Source of the DNA: Bugula neritina
Taxonomy: Eukaryota > Animalia > Bryozoa
Length of the DNA stretch: 64,000 nucleotides
Assembly: GCA_964035545.1 (NCBI GenBank)
Contig: OZ037770.1
Span: forward strand, 12,204,642-12,268,641
Reading direction: 5' to 3'
Made by a program: the position numbers and the translations under genes. Shown here piece after piece: positions 37,401-49,915 of this stretch. Position 1 is the first letter of the stretch. Each line of letters opens with the position of its first letter. The notes under the pieces are model-generated. The model saw only the letters and a list, made by a program, of their open reading frames with translations, did not search any database and had not been told where the DNA came from.

Positions 37401-40400
37401 ACTGTAGTTGCATTTGGTGCTGTTGTTGGGGCAGATGCTGGTGTGGTGCTACTTGTTTCTGTTGTATTGACAGTTGCTGTAGTTGCATTTGGTGCTGTTG
37501 TTGAAGTAGATGCCAGCGTGGTGCTATTTGTTTCTGTTGTATTCACAGTTACTATAGTTGCATTTGGTGCTGTTGTTGAAGTAGATGCCAGCGTGGTGCT
37601 ATTTGTTTCTGTTGTATTCACAGTTACTGTAGTTGTATTTAGTGCTGTTGTTGAAGTAGATCCTGGTGTGGTGCTACTTGTTTCTGTAATATTCTCTGTT
37701 ACTGTAGTTCTATTTAGTGCTGTTGGAGTAGATGCTGGTGTGGTGCTATTTGTTTCTGTTGTATTGACAGTTACTGTAGTTGCATTTGGTGCTGTTGTTG
37801 AAGTAGATGCCAGCGTGGTGCTATTTGTTTCTGTTGTACTGACAGTTACTATAGTTGCATTTGGTGCTGTTGTTGAAGTAGATGCCAGCGTGGTGCTATT
37901 TGTTTCTGTTGTATTGACAGTTACTGTAGTTGTGTTTAGTGCTGTTGTTGAAGTAGATCCTGGTGTGGTGCTACTTGTTTCTGTAATATTCTCTGTTACT
38001 GTAGTTCTATTTAGTGCTGTTGGAGTAGATGCTGGTGTGGTGCTATTTGTTTCTGTTGTATTGACAGTTACTGTAGTTGCATTTGGTGCTGTTGTTGAAG
38101 TAGATGCCAGCGTGGTGCTATTTGTTTCCGTTGTATTGATAGTTACTATAGTTGCATTTGGTGCTGTTGTTGAAGTAGATGCCAGGGTGGTGCTATTTGT
38201 TTCTGTTGTATTCACAGTTACTGTAGTTGTATTTTGTGCTGTTGTTGAAGTAGATGCCAGCGTGGTGCTATTTGTTTCTGTTGTATTCACAGTTACGGTA
38301 GTTGCATTTGGTGCTGTTGTTGGAGTAGATATTGGTGTGGTGCTACTTGTTTCTGTTGTATCTGTAGTTACTGTAGTTGTATTTTGTGCTGTTGTTGAAG
38401 TAGATGCCAGCGTGGTGCTATTTGTTTCTGTTGTATTCACAGTTACGGTAGTTGCATTTGGTGCTGTTGTTGGAGTAGATGCCAGCGTGGTGCTATTTGT
38501 TTCTGTTGTATTCACAGTTACTGTAGTTGTATTTAGTGCTGTTGTTGAAGTAGATCCTGGTGTGGTGCTACTTGTTTCTGTAATATTCTCTGTTACTGTA
38601 GTTCTATTTAGTGCTGTTGGAGTAGATGCTGGTGTGGTGCTATTTGTTTCTGTTGTATTGACAGTTACTGTAGTTGTATTTTGTGCTGTTGTTGAAGTAG
38701 ATGCCAACGTGGTGCTATTTGTTTCTGTTGTATTCACAGTTACGGTAGTTGCATTTGGTGCTGTTGTTGGAGTAGATGTTGGTGTGGTGCTACTTGTTTC
38801 TGTTGTATCTGTAGTTACTGTAGTTGTATTTTGTGCTGTTGTTGAAGTAGATGCCAGCGTGGTGCTATTTGTTTCTGTTGTATTCACAGTTACTGTAGTT
38901 GTATTTGGTGCTGTTGTTGGAGTAGATGCCAGCATGGTGCTATTTGTTTCTGTTGTATTCACAGTTACTGTTGTTGTATTTGGTGATGTTGTTGGAGTAG
39001 ATGCTGGTGTGGTGCTATTTGTTCCTGTTGTATTTGCAGTTATTGTAGTAGTATTTGGTGCTGTCGTTGAAGGGGGTGATAGTGTTGTGTTAGTTGTTTC
39101 TGTTGTATTTGGAATTACTGTAGTTGTATTTGGTGCTGTTGTTGAAGTAGATGCCAGCATGGTGCTATTTGTATTCACAGTTGTTGTATTTAGTGCTGTT
39201 GGAGTAGATAAATTAGGTGTAAAGGAAGTTGCAGCTGTGTTAGTTTCACTCACAGAGTCATTACTTGTGTTAGGAAAAGAGGTAGAATTAGGAGATGACT
39301 CTAAAAAAGTGTTGGAGAAAAAAAAGAAATTTCAACATAAAAATCATTTTGAGTATGCCAACTGTTAATAAAACGGGTAAAGCGAAAACAGATTTTATTG
39401 AGAAGCAATTATTTTTACTAAAGTGAAAAGTTAGAGCTAAACCTATAGTAAATCAGCTGTTACTAGATAGAAGCAGGTATTAACACCATTATGCCAGGAA
39501 AAGAAGCACACATCATGTTTGGTAGACTTGAGTCTATTTGGTTTTCACAAATAAACTGTGAGCATGTATTTACCAACGCCATTGGCGGTTGTGTTGAGTA
39601 TTGTGTTGAAAGCTGTGTCATTTCCACGTGTGGTATTTTCTCCCGGGTTGTCGACCATTGAAGTGTTTGCTGTAGTAGTACTTACAGAGATAGTGGTAGC
39701 AGATGTCCAACTCTTTCCTGAAAATATATCATTGCAGCGTCATAGTTTTTCAAGGTCAAGTAGTTCATACTCTTTTGCAATCTACGGAAGCAACTTCTTA
39801 ACAAAACAACTCTAATTCAAGAGCTTTATACCAAAGCAAGTTGATTTATCATAATGTTTGGTGCCTACATCTTTAATTATTTCCCATCCTGGTAAGGGAA
39901 TGAGCAGATCAGTTACTTAGTTACAAATGTCATAAGTTAAAGTTATCTACTGAAATACAGGACGCAAGAAAATTGAGATAACATGTTTTCAATGAGACAT
40001 ATCCTTGAGCCATAACATTATTTTAATAACCAATCTGAAACGTGTTGAAAAAGTTATCTGCAATGCAATTTTTTATTTAGGTAATAATAATATAGCAGCC
40101 AAATTACCTTGCTTGGCATTAAACTAAAACGGATCAAATAACAACCAAGCTTATTTGTTGCGGCTATCGCTATGGCAATTCTCACATCCAATTCTAATGA
40201 CTTTAGGAGTCAAGCATATCAATAATAATATAAAATATAAAACTAAAAGCAATCGCTCCATTTTTAATTATTCTTGATGTTAATTTCAAGCTTAAACTTT
40301 AATTATAATTAATCATCATCCGAATTAACCAACTACATAATAACAAAGCGGTTATTTTGTGAAAAGTTGTTCGCTAATACATTTGGTATTGATACTAATA

Positions 40401-40813
40401 ATAAAAACATTTGTCAATTTAGTTTTTAATGGCAATAGAGATCTTCAGTACCTAATTTATGCACCATTTTACCAAAATATGCCAATGATAAAAAATAAAG
40501 TTTTATTTGTTGGGGTTTATGGCTGTTTGAAGAGACTTTCCATCTTCTCTACTGAGTGCAAGGCCACAATTAACAAAAAAAAACATGGTTTAGTTATATA
40601 AACACACATGCAAAAATTATTGACACTAAATTTATTTCAAATAAAAATCTTTAGAATTATAGTATGATGTAGCCATAAAATAGGATGAAATGTCAAAATA
40701 AGTGTTATACAAACATATTGTGTGCATATGATATAACACTATCAGTGGGATAAGGATATTTACTGACCTGTTATTACAAATAATAAAACCAGTTTGATTA
40801 ATGTCAAACCCAT
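25451..40813 (-). CDS. UPF0606/KIAA1549-like type I membrane mucin, ~2031 aa, 17 coding exons
   Basis: join(40768..40813,39574..39717,35431..39300,34321..34530,33330..33493,32740..32914,32521..32628,31164..31288,30680..30858,30059..30230,28646..28762,28226..28359,27593..27715,27225..27331,26694..26812,26111..26283,25451..25580) = 6096 nt, all GT-AG, no in-frame stop. Signal peptide MGLTLIKLVLLFVITG; Thr-rich stalk; juxtamembrane domain with MELRLAKL...RRKR...VTLTYAV...LKLEYPVV; TM LGLVITLSIIGGLVVIGVIIW followed by CACCC; cytoplasmic ELEYYRNK. These motifs recall KIAA1549/DUF3827 (family call from memory). Confidence 0.78.
30607..30679. repeat. 22-bp minisatellite abutting a splice donor
   Basis: TGTATCACATGACCTAAAGTCG x ~3.3. 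Confidence 0.85.
31360..31750. repeat. 88-bp intronic minisatellite, ~4.5 copies
   Basis: GCAAT(G/A)CATTG recurs at 31382, 31470, 31558, 31646 and 31734. Confidence 0.9.
35690..39200 (-). repeat. Coding VNTR, 75-bp (25-aa) unit, roughly 46-47 copies
   Basis: Unit NATTVTVNTTETNSTTLASTSTTAP; TGTATTCACAG recurs at 75-bp spacing; occasional 72-bp units. Confidence 0.95.
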
Positions 40814-40883
40814 GATGATAAGGCAGAGTGGGTATGTCACCTCCTGAAAAATAAAACATACTCTAAAGTGAACACATGGGAGA

Positions 40884-40955
40884 AATGGTGGTCGAGGGGT
40901 CAAAGCCCTGGCTTAGTAAACAGGTCACTGGTTCAAATTCAATGCCATTAGGAAA
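40884..40955 (+). mobile_element. SINE 5' fragment
   Basis: TGGTGGTCGAGGGGTCAAAGCCCTGGCTTAGTAAAC...GGTTCAAATTC (B-box-like); matches the family head. Confidence 0.5.
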
Positions 40956-42898
40956 AAAAACATAGTTGTCAACTAGCTAAAAAAGTCTTTTTTATGAGAG
41001 GTGCAGCACAGAAGTTCTCACAGAGATAGTGACTATAAATCCACGTATGAGTGTCTTTAAAAGCAAACGAGGCATAACACTTGTCTCCTGTACAAAACTC
41101 AGAAATGTTAAAACTATCGCTGATTACTTTAAAGTTTGAATAATTCGCCAAGTTTAAACCAAGTGTCCAAAACCAGAAACCCAACAACAAGCGTTCTAAT
41201 AGTCCGAGTTTTAAAACGAATGTAAATAGTTAAAAACTGACAACATATCATGATAAATGTAATTAATTATAGCAGCTCAATGTGCATTTTAGCCAATTTA
41301 AAAACTAAAGTGACTTGATTTTCAAAATAAAGTTTTACTTTATAATAATTTTTTTCAATTACTAACAATACCACACCTAATGAAATGACTAGATAGTTTA
41401 GTTAAAATTTGGTTTTTTTGGCCAAAATTTGCTCTATCAAGCAAATGATGGCAGTGGTCACAGTTATTATATATATGGATAAATATTAATAGTTTGTCAA
41501 GTGATGGCAAAAGCCATTAAATACATTAAATACATATTGACAACAAGTCTGACTGTTATAGTACTTACATGCTAAGATATCTTCACAGGTTATATTTTGT
41601 TGTTTATAATAAACTTTTTTTAAACATTTTTAATTGAAATATATATATTCAAAAAGCAGCCAGTCACTGCTTTAGTGAAAATTAAAATTATTAATACAGT
41701 AATACTATATTATCATTATTATTATGCTAATCTGTGGCAACATTGTCATCATGTTTGTATTAGGGATTACATCCCTAACAGTAATCATATTGACAAGGTT
41801 GCTCACTCACATTTGCTTAAAATTTCAATCCTTAAACTGCACCTTCTACCTGAAAAATATTGATATTTTGAAGGCATTTAAAAATTAAGATTGGATAAGG
41901 CAGATAGTGATAGTAATACCATTCCTGACAGTGATACTGGCATCAAAATTAATCATTTAATTTTAATGGCTCTGTGACGATTATATCCTCCTATATTAAA
42001 GGATTGCTCTATCTTGTCTAATAAATGGCCATTTAGGTCAAACACACATAATATTGTGTTTTTCTAAGCATGCATTGACAAAAAGCATTTGACCAAAGGT
42101 AGAAAAAGTTAGTTGAAGTTGAGGGTGTAGATTGGTAACAGCCAAAACGCCGATTTTGAAATGAGCTGGGAAATGTGCCGTAACAGCGCCAGCATTCCTG
42201 CTGGTCACATGACTATACAAATGAATAACTATAGAAATATGACTGTGAGATGTGATCTTTCAGCTCGTAATTTGTGTATTTATAGAAGTGCAAATGTGAA
42301 TTATCTCAATCTATAGTTTTTTGACATGTTAAATAACATGTATGTGATAACATTAGGCCATATTTTGCTTGTAAACATAGAAAAAAGCATTGCAAAAACA
42401 TGCATTCTTTAGGATGAATGCCTGCGATCGATCTAAACTAGGTCAGATTGTGCAATATTACGGGCACACCAAAGCTGACCTATATAGCGCACTGTAACTG
42501 CTTGAGCGTTATTGGTTGATGTTGCGCTCAGCAACCTTGAATACTAGCGTTATAGTTAGCACGTGCAGCATTAGTTACTGGCGTTCACACGTCACGTATT
42601 AGGCTATTCTTTTTCATGGCTGAAAATTTTACCTCCCTCAAAATTGGAATTTTGAAAAGCTGTTTTCTAGGCATATATCCCTTTGCAAAGTCACAATTGT
42701 TTGCATACACATTAGATTATAGTTCATAATTATAATGTGATTGTAATAAACTAAGATAGAGCAATCCTTTAACGACTAGAACATGACTGTTCTAAAAATA
42801 CTGAGTTCAGTTTTTAGCTAAGCAGTTTTAATCATTATATTCAACTCCAAATATTTCCAATAGTAATACTTTAAAACTAACTTCTAGTTCTACTTTAC

Positions 42899-43148
42899 CT
42901 TCGCGCTCAGCTGCAAGCAATATTCGCCATAATCATATTATTCTGTTAGTGTTAATCATGATGATAGTATTTTTGTTCACATTCCGATATAAAACTTGGC
43001 AAATGGGTATCCTAAGAAGAAGAAATATTAAATCATCTAATGGTGCAATACACAAAAAATTAATCAAAACGCGAATAAGCAAATATATAGCAACGAATAC
43101 ACCTATTGATTCAGGCAGTATGACTATGAGTAGGTTATTGAGCCGCGA
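42899..43148. promoter_or_regulatory. Probable bidirectional promoter and non-coding first exons of the mucin gene (-) and UCK (+)
   Basis: Divergent donors: AG|GTAAAG on minus at 42898 and GA|GTGAGT on plus at 43149. Both ATG exons begin with acceptors (40844; ~45501). A further minus UTR exon candidate lies at 41811..41849. Confidence 0.5.
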
Positions 43149-45557
43149 GTGAGTATCACGCACAGGTGGTTCGGCTTCTTTAGTTACTGTAGGTGTGTTT
43201 AATTTAATCTCAAATCTCATAGTAAATGCAAATAGTTTGTTAATTATTATTAAACTATGAAAAAAAAAATTAACATTTAAAAATTTTTCACATATAATTT
43301 TTTAAAAATAAATTGTAACATTCTTGTCTTTGACTTATAAACACTTTCGTTGGCTAAATATTGTTGAGTCCACTTCCACGCCGTTTAATGTTTTTCATTT
43401 TCATTTCCTTACAGTTATTGTGACTGTCACTGTGAGTGCAAGAGTAGTAAAACTCATAAGTCACGCCATAGTCAAACTCAATGTGAGTTTATAAAAGAAA
43501 TGATGAGGCCCAATAAATATTTTGTATATCAACATGGTCATAGAATTGTTTCATTTCAAGCTTTGAAACTAAAATGTTTTGCTCTTAGTCTTGAGACTTA
43601 AACTTAAAGTAAAAGTTAGACTTAATAATTATAATAATCTAGCTCTAACACTAACAGTAACTCTTACTCTAAGATTAACACTAACTGTAACTGTAAGTCT
43701 AACTCTAAGTATAATAATATAACATATATTTTATTATTTATAAGTGTCAAAGTGTAACGATAAGTTTAAGTATTGGCATTTTCATTTTGATTTAGAATTA
43801 ATAAAGTTGAATATTTCAATTTATCATTATAATTATTATTATATTTATTATTTGTATTAATATACTTATACTTATAATTATTAATTATAGCTATACTAAT
43901 ACTCTTACAGTTAGTGTTACACTTAGTCGTAGAGTTAGTCTTAAAGTTGCAAAGATACCTACTCATGCTGATAATCATAATGATAATCATAATCGTTATA
44001 CAAAGAAAAGAGTCAATTCCAAGAAATTTGTCAGTTTTTAAATCTGAAAGTTTTGATTTTATAATATCTGAAGTTATATTAATATCATTATCTGTAAATG
44101 GAAATCAGTGGCAACACATCAGTCTAATCCTCATCTGTAAATACAAGGCTAAAAGAATTCATTTCACATATTTGCCATTTCCTCGTGATCTTTAATGGTT
44201 TCACCATCAGAACTTTTAACTTTACAAGCATTAAATTTAATGCTATCCTTAGTCTTCGACTTAGAGCGAACATATGCATCATGGTTATGATATAGTTAAA
44301 ATAATTGCTCAAGCTCAGTTATATTAATAATTATCATTATATTTATTAAAGTATACAATTATAGTAATAATCATAGGGTAAATATAATTGATTACTATTT
44401 TAAATATTAATATAATTGTTATGATTATCATTATAATTGTGGTTATAAATTCATTAATATAGTTACAGTTATTGCCTATGAGTATATTCGAGTAGTATAT
44501 CAATAAAGTCATACTTATAACATATAGACGTTTAGTATATAACTAAAACTATTAAACTAATACTTTATGTTCATCACAACACTAGACTTAGTCTTAGACT
44601 TAGTGATTACTGATTTGTCTACTTCTTTCTAGTGATTAATAATAGTTGTCTTTTGCATGTAGTGCTAATACTAGCAGTGCTAGTAGTTGGTTTTAGGGGG
44701 GGGGGGGTCATTTCATTTGTCATTGTAGCTGAACTTGATCATGGTAAAAAACTGAAATATTAACATTAAGTTTAAGACTTGACTTTGATACACAAGTTCA
44801 ATTTTAACTTCAAGTAGTTATTTATTATTAGACTATTATTACTTGGTAAATAATTTGAGTTTTCATTTTGTTTTCCATTTTGCCTAAAGCTAAGACATTC
44901 ACATTGACATTCAGTTCGATAATAGATTAGTAGTCATGCACATGGTCATAATGATAATTGAAAGTAAGGCTTTCACTCTTACTTTTCCAGTCACTAACTC
45001 TAAGTTTTAGTCTAAGTATAGGTTACATACTATTATAATTACTGAGCCCTAAAGCTGAAGGTAGATCTAATCAATAATTGAATTAATTAATTTAATATAA
45101 TTTAGCTTTCAGATGTAGTTATTTCATTAGCTTTAAATAGGAACTTATTTTTTTGGTACTATTCAAGAAAGATATTTAGAAATGTTCATCTGATATTATA
45201 TAGCCAAATTTCTACAGCTCAAGTAGTATAATAAAAAGCATTAAGGTTCATTAGCATGGTTGACTGATCATTTTCCAAAACTTGCATTAACTTTCCAGTA
45301 AATAATGGAGTATAATTGTTTTATTTTTTTTAATCAGAATGTATTCACTACTATAGTATCAATCGCCCTTTGCTACAAGTGATCTGTGGACTGTTGAAAT
45401 AATTTAATTTAAGCACTGCTCTCAAGTAATCTCACATTGAATCCACCTGTTTTGACCTGTCATTCATGTCATGCACTATTCTGCACATGTTCATTTTTAG
45501 CAGAATTTGACAACTCCTAAAACAACTTGTGAATTAATTTCGCATGAGCTCTAAACG

Positions 45558-48500
45558 ATGGCTGCGATTCATCATAGACATGGTGGTTTCTGCCGAGATT
45601 TGAAGAAAGTTAGAAAGGGGCCATTCATAATTGGCGTAGCTGGCGGGACGGCTTCAGGGAAGGTACATCATTTTCTGTATCTTGACATAAAATGTTTTAT
45701 CTTTTCTTCACACTAATCTACCATCACAGGTCGTTGGGGCAAAACATGCACTAATAATAACATTTATAGTGTGTTACTTTTAATTTGGTTTACGTGTTGG
45801 TGCGTTATTTTTGCTGAAAAGGGTTGTTTTACTGTTCTTGAGATATTTTTTTCATGTGTACAAACTTTATATTATAAACATTGTTAGTTTTGATAAGGAG
45901 TGCTGCTCTTTGTTAATAAATAAAATACTACGTCTGAAAAATGTTTGAGATTGAATTCTGCATACACAGGTTGTCAGCTGTCAAGAGGTTGTCAGCAGGT
46001 GTCAGCTTCCAGTAGCATTTCCTGTTTTACTCAAGTCAACTCAGGGAAGGGTTGCACTGCTGCACTCTCCTAGGAAAAGCTTGCTCTAAGTGTACCAGTA
46101 TACTGAAAACCATCTTCAAATTTATAGAGAAATCTGGTCCACCTGTTCTACTTTCTCTCTCCAGAGCAAAAATATAGTCAGCGCCAACTGTTTAATCATC
46201 TAATGAACTGTTTTCTGTAGTCTTCCGTCTGTCAGAAAATCATTGAAGCTATACATCAAGATCCTTCGACAAAAGACAGCAAAATAGTCTGCGTTTCGCT
46301 GGACAACATGTATAGAGATCTTGGGCCGGATGAGTCAGAGAAGGCTGGTCTGGGAAAGTTCAACTTTGACCACCCAGGTCAGCTGATTGAACTTCATGAC
46401 TCATTTATTGAGTAATGTTGGCAAATAACTGTTCAGTTGTAAAAAAAACAGCTCTAAATTTTTTTATATATGAAATCTCTTTAATAGAAATCTGTTTACT
46501 CTTATCAATATAATGTTTCTTCATCAATGATGAAATGTGCTGGTGAATGGATAAGTTAACCTTTAGTGGTTAAGGAAATTAGTGTCCACTCATTTACTTC
46601 AAGTTGTGATGTTAGTTGGCAGCTGGATTATTTTCATTCTAGCCATATTACTGTAACTGGCCTCCATTAACTATGGCAGCTATTAAATAATTCATTGTTG
46701 ATGTATTAAATAATTTGACAACTACTACTGCCATAGAAAATATCTCGAGCTTTGTAAATAGTATAAAAGTTTCATAGACCATTGTTGTAACCAATGTATT
46801 TGTTTAAGTTTATTCTACCATATGCTCAACACTCAATGGAATTTTTGTTCTGTTTGTTGAATTCATTTGATATTCTGATTGTTGCACTTCAGTGATGCAT
46901 TGCGTAATGCATTGAGTTATAATCATATTTTAGATGCGTTTGATTTAAACTTGCTAACCAAAATAATGAAGGATGTAAAAGAAAAAAAGTCAACGCAAGT
47001 GCCGAAATATGACTACAGATTGAATGCCAGGTTAGTCGCAGGTCTGTCAGGTGTCACTTGATGCTTGCTGTAGCACCTACTTTCAGTGTCATGTGTCAGA
47101 CTCCAAATGACACCAGTGACAGGGTGGAAATTCTCATATGACATAGGCTTCTTACTGACCAGTACTTTTATATTATCATTAAAAAACCTGAGAATTACTG
47201 CTACTACCCAGTAAAATCATTTGTGTGTATTGAATTCTGTGTTCTTAGTTGAAGCGTGTCATTTGACTGTATGGCTAGTCATTTGGTGTCTTTTACGTTG
47301 TAAGAAACACTTATACTTGTGTTGATTAGAATTACTAAGTCGCTAGTTTTCTAATTATTCTAAAGTTTTAGATGAATAGATACATTCTAGATTAAGACTT
47401 GGATAGGAAATGCCTTGTAGAAATATCTGTTAAGTAATGGTTGTAAGATATATGTATACACTCTTCTGTCTATCTGATAATATGGCACATAGCGGTGCTG
47501 TCGAATTAAACTCTGGCAGCAAGCGCTTTGATGACTGTGTAGGATGTGGCGTAGGTTCTGCCAGGATTTAAACTCGTTTCCTGGTGAACACTAGGCTAGC
47601 TGTTTAACCAGCAGAGTTTGAGGCAAAGTCTGTAATAGTTCACATCTTTACTCTTTAGGTTTCTCGCTATCCGAACAGAGAGTTTTATAGCCACACGTGT
47701 CATCATATTGTAGGATACTTGTGTAGTGTTGTTGGTTTGAATGCAGGGTTTCTGGTGAGTTTGTGGTTATTGAGCCGTCAGACGTGGTGCTGGTGGAAGG
47801 GATACTGGCGTTCTATTGGCCAGAGCTGAGAGATAATTATGATATGAAGCTGTTTGTGGACACTGATGCCGACACGAGGCTGGCGCGTAGAGGTGAGCAG
47901 ATCCTGTAAATATTACGACTGAGGCTTTTTAAGGATCAACTTTTGTCTAATTTGTAAAACTCCAGCTTCAAGTTTTGCTTCACTCCTTTTTTAGTGATGC
48001 TTATAGTTTCTGGCGAATTAAAAAGTAATGTGTGATTTTCTAGTTGAAATGGCATGGTATATGTTGGCTCATAATGCGTGGTGTTTATTGGAATGTAATA
48101 ATCGAGTTAAGTCTAGCTGATGGTAAGGTGTAGTTTGTATTATAACAGAAACAAGGATGTTATAAGGAAATTTTATAAATAATCTGATGCATTTCACTGA
48201 ATATGTTGCATGAGTTTTACAACTGCAAACTTTGAAAACTTAGCACTGAGTTTTTAGAATAGGAAATAGTTAAATGTTAAGCAGAAAATGAAGTGAGTGC
48301 CCACAATAATAATAAAAAGGCGAGGAAGGGGGTAAGAGGGAACAACTCTCAAATAGCTTAGTTAATGAATAAAATAAATATAGTCTTAAAATACGTTTTT
48401 AAACTGCACATTTAAATAACATGGGTCATTTAATGTAAGAGCATTTGGCTGCTGAATAACAAATCAACAAACTTGCTACAGCTCCGTTATGTTTAGAACT

Positions 48501-49915
48501 CAGCTGGATAAATTTATTTTAAGAAACTCTAGAAGTGAATAAAAGGCATAAATATGATTAAAAAATTATGTTGTTGTGGTATATCTATTATACAATACAA
48601 TTCTAATGTTTAAACATATCAATGAAGTTTTCGTAACCATTTTGTTCATGAAGCACACTGCAACCTTTTGGAGTTGTGATCTCGTGTAATACGCTCACTT
48701 GGCAAACACGTGGTGTTTGTGCTGTTGCAGTGAGAAGAGATACGACTGAAAGAGGCAGGTCACTGGATACTATACTCAATCAGTACACGAGTACAGTGAA
48801 ACCTGCCTTTGAAGAGTTCTGTTTGCCGTCAAAGAAATTTGCTGATGTAATCATACCCAGAGGTGCCGACAATACAGGTTAGCATGTGGGAGTTGTCTAC
48901 TTTGGTGACTTGGAAAACTTGGGCATAGCAAATAAAATTTTGTAGTCGAAGTAAGGGGAGCTGGCATATTTAAAGCATGAATAATTGGAACTATTCTCAT
49001 AAGCTTCTTCTTGTTTGAATTTTATTCAAGTTTTACTATGTATTTGTTTATTTAACTTTCCTGATATAAGACTATTGTATAATGTAAAATGTAATGAGCT
49101 ACAATATAGTGTGCAATTGTATTTAATGTTTTTGGCTAGTTTTTTAATTTAAATTTTTAAGTTGATATGCTGCTTGGTGTTTGAGCTTAAGTTAAAATTT
49201 GAGAGCAAACTTGAAATAAAGATACAAGACCACCCACTGTGATGTCACACAGTGACTGACAGGTACTGCAAGGTTCCCTATGACATTAGTTTAACTAACT
49301 AGTTTACTAATAATACAATACACACCCATGAGACAGGGTGTAGTATAATTATATGTTATAGCCATTTATTTCAGCTTAAGTGTATATATCTAATACAGTG
49401 CTAAACGCACAGCAGTGTTTGCCTTGTACTGTGTTTTGTTATTAATCCATCTTCATAACTGAAATCTAAACAGTGCTTTTGGCATTTTGGGCTGGACAAT
49501 TGCAAAATGCAAATTTGATTCTTTGCCTTCTATATGAAACGAATTATTGAAATTTTAATTTAAGTATTTTTAGTGTGTCACCAATGTAGCAGAGAGCAAT
49601 CGTGGTTTAAGTAGTTTAGCATGACAAAAGTGGTTTAAACCATTGGTAATGCCAAGGAATGTATCTAGTTAAAATAGTTCTGGGATCCAATTAAACTTCT
49701 CTAGTCATGTTAACTGAATGGTAAAGGTTTTATTTCAATAGTTGATTGCGTGATCTCTTTTAGTCGCTATAGACTTGATAGTGCAGAGTATCAAAGACGT
49801 GTTAGCCGCTGATCAGCAGTTGTCTCCTACTAAGCCCAATGCACACGGGGACGGTACTCTACCCCCGCCTTTGGTTAAGAGAGGTTCAGACTCCAAGACC
49901 TCACGCTTGCACTGA
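45558..49915 (+). CDS. UCK: Uridine-cytidine kinase (UCK1/UCK2 family), 267 aa
   Basis: join(45558..45662,46221..46377,46934..47030,47747..47892,48731..48877,49764..49915): P-loop [64 protein letters not shown]. Confidence 0.97.

Noticed and set aside
35690-39200. CRISPR-like array
   Set aside because: Eukaryotic coding tandem repeat with no unique spacers and no cas genes.
35403-39368. 1321-aa Val-rich plus-strand ORF
   Set aside because: Antisense shadow of the Thr/Asn/Ser repeat exon; a stop-free unit repeated in frame stays open. It has no ATG start in the track, and splice signals support only the minus strand.
40969-41190. C-type-lectin-like peptide (GDKCY...TW...C)
   Set aside because: It lies upstream of the signal-peptide exon, has only a weak donor and lacks the rest of the domain.
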